A stretch of 64,000 nucleotides of DNA from an uncultured delta proteobacterium (GTDB taxonomy: Bacteria; Desulfobacterota; Desulfobacteria; Desulfobacterales; Desulfatirhabdiaceae). The DNA lies in NCBI GenBank assembly GCA_963789395.1, contig CAWBKP010000010.1, forward strand, positions 7,351 through 71,350, written 5' to 3'. Within the stretch, counting starts at the first letter, position 1; each line of letters opens with the position of its first letter. Below the pieces are notes generated by a model. That model did not search any database and was not told where the DNA came from. It worked only from the letters and a program-made list of their open reading frames with translations. A program made the translations under genes and the position numbers. Shown in pieces: positions 58,102-64,000 of this stretch.

Positions 58102-58319
58102 GAATTCAGGAGTCAGAATTCAGAATGGCCCGCATGTCAGTTTTGAGCAATTTACCGACTTCTTCCATCAAGCGGGTTGGCTTAGTAACATCTCCATGAG
58201 CGAGATCGTGGACAAGTATCAAATAGCAACTCGATTCTTCGAGGGGCTCTTGAGCGAAATTGAAAAAACGGATTTGCCGGCTCCCTCATTCCGGCTTCTG
58301 AATTCTGACTCCTGAATTC
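58102..58319. repeat. 24-bp inverted repeat pair enclosing a four-helix-bundle gene relic (IVS-like element)
   Basis: GAATTCAGGAGTCAGAATTCAGAA at 58102-58125 has its reverse complement at 58296-58319. The two arms are 170 bp apart. Confidence 0.6.
58106..58285 (-). pseudogene. C-terminal relic of a four-helix-bundle protein (23S rRNA intervening-sequence protein family)
   Basis: Hand translation gives GSRQIRFFNFAQEPLEESSCYLILVHDLAHGDVTKPTRLMEEVGKLLKTDMRAILNSDS*. This matches the pattern FxxFLxxAxGSxxExxxxLxLAxDLGYI ... KMLxGL of that family. There is no start codon, and an in-frame TGA at 58286-58288 bounds it. Confidence 0.5.
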
Positions 58320-58420
58320 CTGTGTAGTGACAAGTCCAACCTACCGTTTTCGGGATTTTCATGATGTTTTGGAAAATCGTCGTCAGAGGTTACCCCTTTA
58401 AGAGGCGGAGGGAGAAGAAT

Positions 58421-59145
58421 TCAGCTCAAATCCAGTCGGGCGGCCGCGGCCTTGTCAGTCAGCCATATAATTTCGCCGATCCGGGGCCGGACAAGCTGGG
58501 CAGGCAGCCGGGAAGGATCGTCCGGTTCGGTGAGCACCGCTTTAAGCACGGAAGCCTTGGTATCCCCGCTGACCAGAAATACCACCAGCCGTGCCCGGTT
58601 GATAATCGCGGGCATCAGGGTCACCCGGTGCATCTCCTGCTCTTTCAGATAAATCGAAGCCGTCCAGGCGGTTTGATCGTTGAGGATCTCTGTTTGCGGA
58701 AAAAGAGAGGCGGTATGCCCGTTTTCGCCCAGTCCCAGCAGGATCAGATCAAATGCGGGCGGCCCGCCGGAAAAAAAATCATGGAGCAGATCGCGGTATT
58801 GTCTGGCGGATTCCGCGGGTTTTTCAAGGCATATCATCGGGTGAATCTGGTCCGGCGGCACGGAAACATGATCCAGAAGCGCCTCCTGGCCATGCGAGCG
58901 TTGCTCCGCCGGTCATCCGCCGGCACGCACCGTTCGTCTCCCCAGAAAACATGGGTCTTGTCCCAGGCGACTTCATCGCGAAAAGGCGGCCCAGCCAATA
59001 TCTCATAAAGGCGCCGGGGGGTGCTCCCGCCCGACAATGCCACGGCAAAACGTCCCTGCCGGGCTACGGAAAGCCGCGCCTGCCGGACAAAAAGCGCTGC
59101 CGCTTCCCGGCTGAGCGATTCCGGATCCGGAAAAACGCGGATCAT
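58421..59145 (-). CDS. pgl: 6-phosphogluconolactonase, one frameshift
   Basis: ORF 58834-59172 (start probably ATG 59143-59145, overlapping the zwf stop as ATGA) reads ...FAVALSGGSTPRRLYE ... VFWGDERCVPADD. ORF 58421-58861 reads ...FDLILLGLGENGHTASLFP. They join if GCC-AGG at about 58889 is GCC-CAGG. Confidence 0.85.
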
Positions 59146-60697
59146 GGACGCGGCTCCGTGCTGATATGACACACCGCCGCATCATCCTGGCACTGGAGGG
59201 AAGTGGGGGTGATCCAGCTGATGCCGTCCCGGGCGATCAACGTGTCGGCATCTTCCGGTCCCCAGGTGCCGGCCTGGTAGTTCGGAAAATCGGCGGACCT
59301 CACCGAGTTCCAGACATCCAGAATCGGTGCGATAACTGACCAGGCCGCCTCGGTCTGGTCCTTTCGCAAAAACAGCGTGGCATCCCCTTTCATGATATCG
59401 AGGAGCAGCGTCTCATAAGCCTCGGGCGGCACCACTTTAAAGGCTTCCCGGTAGTAAAACTGCATCATCACCGGGGACAGGTGCATCACTGGGCCTGGCT
59501 TTTTGATCTGGAACCTGAGCAGAATGCCTTCTTCCGGCTGGATGGCGATCAAAAGCCGGTTGGGACGAAGGTCCAGGGTCGCGGATGCCGGAAAAGTCTG
59601 ATGGGGAACGGGTTTGAATTGAATGGAAATTTCTGAAATTCTGGCCGGCAGCCGTTTGCCGGTTCTCAGAAAAAACGGGACCCCCTGCCATCGCCAGTTG
59701 TCCACATAAAACTTGGCGGCAACGAATGTTTCGGTAAAGGAATCTTCGGCGATGTCTTCTCGTCATGGTACCCTTTGACATATTCTCCGTTGATTTTTCC
59801 CGCGCCATACTGGCCGCGGACGGCGAACTGGGGAACCTGTTCCGGCAGGATGGGCCGTATGGCGTGCAGCACGTCCACCTTTTTGTTGCGGATTTCGTTG
59901 TCGTTAAAAGAAACCGGCGCTTCCATGGCGATCAGGCAGAGTATCTGCAGCAGGTGGTTCTGGATCATGTCCCGCAGGGCGCCGGCCTTGTCATAGTACC
60001 CGCCCCTGTGGCCGACACCCACCTCTTCGGCCACGGTAATCTGGATGTGATCGATATGCTGGCGGTTCCAGACGGGCTCAAAAAGCGTATTGCCGAAACG
60101 AAAGGCAAGGATGTTCTGAACGGTTTCCTTGCCCAGGTAATGATCGATGCGGAAGATCTGCCGCTCCTCGAAAATCTCGGTCAGCAGGCGGTTTAAATTG
60201 CGCGCCGACGCCAGATCATGCCCGAAAGGCTTTTCGACGACAAAGCGGACCCGTTGCCGGTTTTCATTCAATTTGGCGTCTCCCAGATGCCGGGCCACGG
60301 GTTCAATCATGCTCGGGGGAAGGGCCAGGTAGAAAATTCGGTTTACTTCAGCGCCCCATTTCTTTTCACGGGCCGAGAGCATTTTTCCCAGGTCCTTGTA
60401 AATTTTTGCATCGATCAGGTCCACGCGGTTAAAATGGAGGCAAGGCGCGAAATTTTTCCAGTCTTCGTCTTTAGCCTTTCCCCGGCGGGAAAATTGATTC
60501 ACGCCGTCCCGCAGATGGTCCCGGAAATTGTCATCATTCATCTCGTCGTTGCTCATGCCGATAATTTCAAATTTTTCGGGCATCCATCCGCTCAAATACA
60601 GGTTGTAGAGTGCCGGAACCAGTTTTCGCCACGTCAGATCGCCCGATGCGCCGAAAATAACGAAAACAGTCGGATCGCAGCGTTTTTCAACTTCCAT
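59142..60697 (-). CDS. zwf: glucose-6-phosphate 1-dehydrogenase, one frameshift
   Basis: ORF 59666-60697 (VIFGASGDLTWRKLVPALYNL, RIDHYLGKE) and ORF 59142-59705 (DNWRWQGVPFFLRTGKRLP) join if GAGAAGACATC at about 59756 is GAGAAGGACATC (...GYHDEKDIAEDSFTETFVAAKFYVDNWRWQG). Confidence 0.9.
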
Positions 60698-60706
60698 GTA
60701 GCCTCC

Positions 60707-62137
60707 TTATGGTTTTCCCCATTTCGTGTGAAAGGTGCCTGCCGCATCCACCCGTTCATAGGTATGGGCGCCGAAATAGTCGCGCTGTGCCATGATCAGG
60801 TTGGCCGGCAGCCTGCCGCTGCGGAAGGCGTCAAAATAGGACAGGGCCATCATCAGACCCGGCATCGGCAGCCCCAGGGTTGCACCGGTGCAGACCACGT
60901 ATCTCAGTTCGGTTTGCCGGACAACCACGGCCTGGCCCAGATGCCCGTCCAAAAGCAGATTTTCCAGATCGGGAGCTGATTGATAGGCGGACCGGATGTC
61001 TTCCAGCAGGGCCGCCCGGATAATGCACCCGCCTCGCCAGATGCGCGCCACGGTTTCGAGGTTCAAGTCATATTCATATGTTTTGGAAGCCTTTGCCAGC
61101 AATGCCATGCCCTGGGCATAGGTGACGATCATGGCTGCGTAAAGCGCATTTTTGACCTGGTGGAGTATATGCTCCCTTTCCCCTTCAAAGCCCGGACTCG
61201 GACCCTTGAGCTTGCGGCCGGCTTTTTCACGCTGCTTTTTATATGCGGACATGTCCCGCATCATGACCGCGATGTCGATATTGAAGGCCGGCACCTGAAG
61301 GCCCAGGTCCTCCGAGACGGTCCACTCTCCGGTGCCTTTCTGCCGGGCCTGGTCCTGAATCACGTCGATGAGGGGCTTTCCGGATTTCTCGTCTTTCTGA
61401 AGAAATATATCCGCCGTGATCTCGATCAGATAGCTGTTCAACTCTTTTCCGTTCCAGCGATCGAATACTTCATGCAGTTCATCGGGCTGCATGCCCAGTC
61501 CCCGTTTCATCAGGTCGTAGGTCTCGGAAATAAGCTGCATCAGCCCGTATTCAATCCCGTTATGCACCATTTTGACATAGTGGCCCGCCGAACCGGGCCC
61601 CAGGTATGCCACACAGGGGTCATTGTCCACGCGGGCGGCGGCGGATTCCAGAATATGGCCGACCCTGTCATAACCCTTGCGGGTGCCGCCCGGCATCAGG
61701 CTGGGGCCGCGGCGAGCGCCGCTTTCCCCGCCGGACATGCCCATTCCCATGAAGGAAAGCCCCCTGTCTTCAACCCTGCGGATGCGCCGGTTCGTGTCCG
61801 TAAAACGGGAGTTGCCGCTGTCGATGACAAGATCCCCGGATTCCAGATGCGGCAGGAGCTCCTCAATCACCGCGTCCACCGGATCGCCTGCCGGGACAAG
61901 CATCATCACGGCCCGGGGCCGGGAGAGCAGTCCGAGAAATTCTTTGATGTCATGGCCGGTCCGAAGATCCTGATCCCGGGTCCTTTCAAGTGTCAGGGCC
62001 TGCATCTTGTCCGTATCCCGGTCATACCCGGCCACTGAAAAACCGTGATCAGCCATGTTCTGCGCAAAATTGCGCCCCATCACCCCCAACCCGATCAGCC
62101 CGATATCGCATTTCCTGTTTTTGTCATGCCCTGCCAT
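60707..62137 (-). CDS. gnd: NADP-dependent 6-phosphogluconate dehydrogenase (decarboxylating)
   Basis: 476 aa, intact. GLIGLGVMGRNFAQN Rossmann motif, GMGMSGGESGARRGPSLMPGG, and GHYVKMVHNGIEYGLMQLISE. Confidence 0.92.
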   Translation of the reverse strand: MAGHDKNRKCDIGLIGLGVMGRNFAQNMADHGFSVAGYDRDTDKMQALTLERTRDQDLRTGHDIKEFLGLLSRPRAVMMLVPAGDPVDAVIEELLPHLESGDLVIDSGNSRFTDTNRRIRRVEDRGLSFMGMGMSGGESGARRGPSLMPGGTRKGYDRVGHILESAAARVDNDPCVAYLGPGSAGHYVKMVHNGIEYGLMQLISETYDLMKRGLGMQPDELHEVFDRWNGKELNSYLIEITADIFLQKDEKSGKPLIDVIQDQARQKGTGEWTVSEDLGLQVPAFNIDIAVMMRDMSAYKKQREKAGRKLKGPSPGFEGEREHILHQVKNALYAAMIVTYAQGMALLAKASKTYEYDLNLETVARIWRGGCIIRAALLEDIRSAYQSAPDLENLLLDGHLGQAVVVRQTELRYVVCTGATLGLPMPGLMMALSYFDAFRSGRLPANLIMAQRDYFGAHTYERVDAAGTFHTKWGKP

Positions 62138-62450
62138 GGCTATTTCTCCCGTTATTTCAGATTATTTTACCGTAAAAACACATCCGCGCCATCATTCCGG
62201 CGAACACCGAAATCCAAGTCCCCCCGATCCGCGGGTTTCACGTTCCCGCGCGTTTGCGCAGATCCTTCCCTCAGAAAGGTCCGGTCACCTATCATGTGCA
62301 GGAGGGGGATCGCCAGCATCATGAACAGGCACACGCGGATCGTCTCAGCAATGCGTCAGATCGCATAGCTGTTCATCCGCCGGAAGATTCTCAGGCAGTC
62401 CGATCCGGTCGATCCCGCCTTCCGCACCGTCTTTTCTTCCGTCGATCGGA

Positions 62451-64000
62451 TCATCGCTGCCACAGGATCCGTGCGTCTTCCAGCGGGATCGAAACACCAT
62501 CGCAGCAGGGTATCACACGCGCCGTATAGTCCGCCGGCGGGCGGTCCGCGGACACCGACGCGCTGTAAACGGCAGCTCCCGACGATTCGGCCGGTTGCCG
62601 AACACGCTGCATCTCCTGCCGCACCGGTGTTTCGCCGTTTATTCCGTCGGCATAAAGCTCCACCCGCACCGACCGGGGTCGAGATCATTGAGATAGAGCT
62701 GAATCTCATACACATGCTGACTGTCATGGGTCTCCACCTTCACTTCGCCGAATCGCAGCGCGGCCCATTTCTGTTCCAGGCTGTGCTGCCAATAAACCAT
62801 TTGCCTGCCTGCAGTCCCATTGTCGGCGGCACGCGAACGGTAGGCGGCGGCGGACGGAATGTAGTACTGCTCGGTGTATTCGCGCACCGTGCGGTTGGCG
62901 GAAAAGCGGGGTGTCAACTGTGCCATGCTCTCCCGCATCCGCTTGATCCAAGCGGTGGGAATATTGCTCTCGTTCCGGGTATAAAACTCCGGGATCACCT
63001 CGCGCTCGAGCAGGTCGTAGAGGGCCTCGGCTTCAGCGGCGTTCCAGGCGGGATCATCGCCATGCTCCTGGCCGTCCCCCAGGGCCCACCCCACTTCCGG
63101 CGTGTAAGCTTCGGCCCACCAGCCGTCCAATTCCGACAGATTGATGCCGCCATTGACGAGCACCTTCATGCCGCTCGTTCCGCTGGCCTCCCAGGGTCTC
63201 AGCGGCGTGTTGATCCAGACGTCCACCCCCTGCACCAGGTGCTCTGTAAGCAGCATGTCGTAGTCGGCCAGAAAAACGATATGGGGCCGGACCTCCGGCT
63301 GGCGGATGAATTTTATCCATTCGCGGATCAGGTCCTTTCCCGCCTGATCCTCCGGATGGGCCTTTCCGGCGATGATGAGCTGCACCGGACGCTCGGGATT
63401 GCTTAACAGGCGCAGCAGCCGCTCCGGGTCGTGCAGCAGCAGGTTCGGCCGCTTGTAGGTTGCAAAGCGCCGTGCAAAGCCAAGTGTCAACGCATTGGGA
63501 TCAAACAGATGTTTCGCCCCTTCAACCGCTCCGGGTGACGCGCCGGAGGCGGCCAGTTGCCGGGTCAATCGATCCCGGGTGAATTCAACCAGGTCGGTGG
63601 TGGCGGCAATGCGAAACTGCCAGAGGCCGGCGTCAGAAATGCCGCGAATATCCTTCTCCAGGGTTTCCGTCGTTCCCAGCCACCGGTTTTTTTCACAGGC
63701 CTTTGTCCAGAGATCGTCGGCCGCGGCCGAGTCCCAGCTCGGCATGTGAACACCGTTGGTCACGTGTCCGACGGGCACTTCGTCCGGCGGCCAGTGCGGA
63801 AAGAGCGGCTCAAAGAGACGCCGGCTGACCTTGCCGTGCAAGCGGCTCACGCCATTCACCGAACCGCTCCCCCGGATTGCCAGATAGGCCATGTTGAAAC
63901 TTTCCGATGCGTCGTTCGGGTTCCGGCGGCCCAGTGCCAGCAGATCGTGTCGGGTGATACCGAGTTTCTGCTCGGCATAACCGCCGAGGTACTGCTCGAT
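62451..64000 (-). CDS. glgP: alpha-glucan (glycogen/maltodextrin) phosphorylase, C-terminal part; the 5' end lies beyond the window; one frameshift
   Basis: SVNGVSRLHG, the GT35-family block TPLRPWEASGTSGMKVLVNGGINLSELDGWW containing the PLP-binding lysine, plus a C-terminal extension. ORF 62639-63892 is open to 64000 and continues in ORF 62451-62669 after a 1-nt indel near 62672. Confidence 0.85.

Noticed and set aside
60980-62038. Long ORFs antisense to gnd, zwf, glgP, pgi, the GNAT gene and gene 37743. The examples are 60980-62038, 60218-60979, 62471-63406, 56380-57006, 36267-37145 and 38018-38797.
   Set aside because: Each overlaps a gene with unmistakable family motifs on the other strand, and none has a recognisable motif of its own.

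Overview
This 64-kb chromosomal segment looks like an anaerobic, sulfate-reducer-type deltaproteobacterium (Desulfobacterota). The taxon is inferred only from gene content: desulfoferrodoxin, many sigma-54/PAS regulators, and radical-SAM genes. Most genes lie on the minus strand.

Gene content, left to right:
- A partial AI-2E transporter.
- IS3 remnants flanking an AT-rich oleate hydratase gene.
- AsmA, then a CsbD / DUF3309 / BON stress gene set.
- A GC-rich operon: U32-like protein, methyltransferase, type III PKS.
- Desulfoferrodoxin, a CDF transporter and a B12-radical-SAM protein.
- A long run of small exported or stress-type proteins (BON, lipoproteins, Spy/CpxP-like, YqjD/ElaB-like, Thr-rich repeat proteins).
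- Two hybrid PAS histidine kinases and a sigma-54 enhancer-binding response regulator.
- A RelA/SpoT-domain protein.
- A roughly 21-kb lipid-type biosynthetic cluster: GT28-like, rSAM/SPASM, SDR, GNAT-like, an ER-ER-KS-AT-ACP-KR-DH megasynthase, PPTase, ABC exporter, sulfatase-family transferase, and a FAAL-ACP-oxoamine synthase.
- An AAA+ ATPase, then pgi-pgl-zwf-gnd-glgP.

Most notable observations:
1. Four paralogous sigma-54 promoter cassettes, each with the same tandem-palindrome enhancer exactly about 100 nt upstream. They define a candidate stress/envelope regulon next to an HK-EBP pair.
2. A type III PKS operon in which a U32-family Fe-S protein sits where aerobes have a flavin hydroxylase.
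3. A lipid cluster containing all the functions of the bacterial ceramide pathway plus an unusual megasynthase.
4. A 159-bp MITE with an 8-bp target duplication inserted downstream of one of the sigma-54 promoters.

Caveat: about 20 single-base frameshifts, mostly in short homopolymers and including housekeeping genes, suggest consensus errors rather than real pseudogenes. No rRNA, tRNA or CRISPR array was found.
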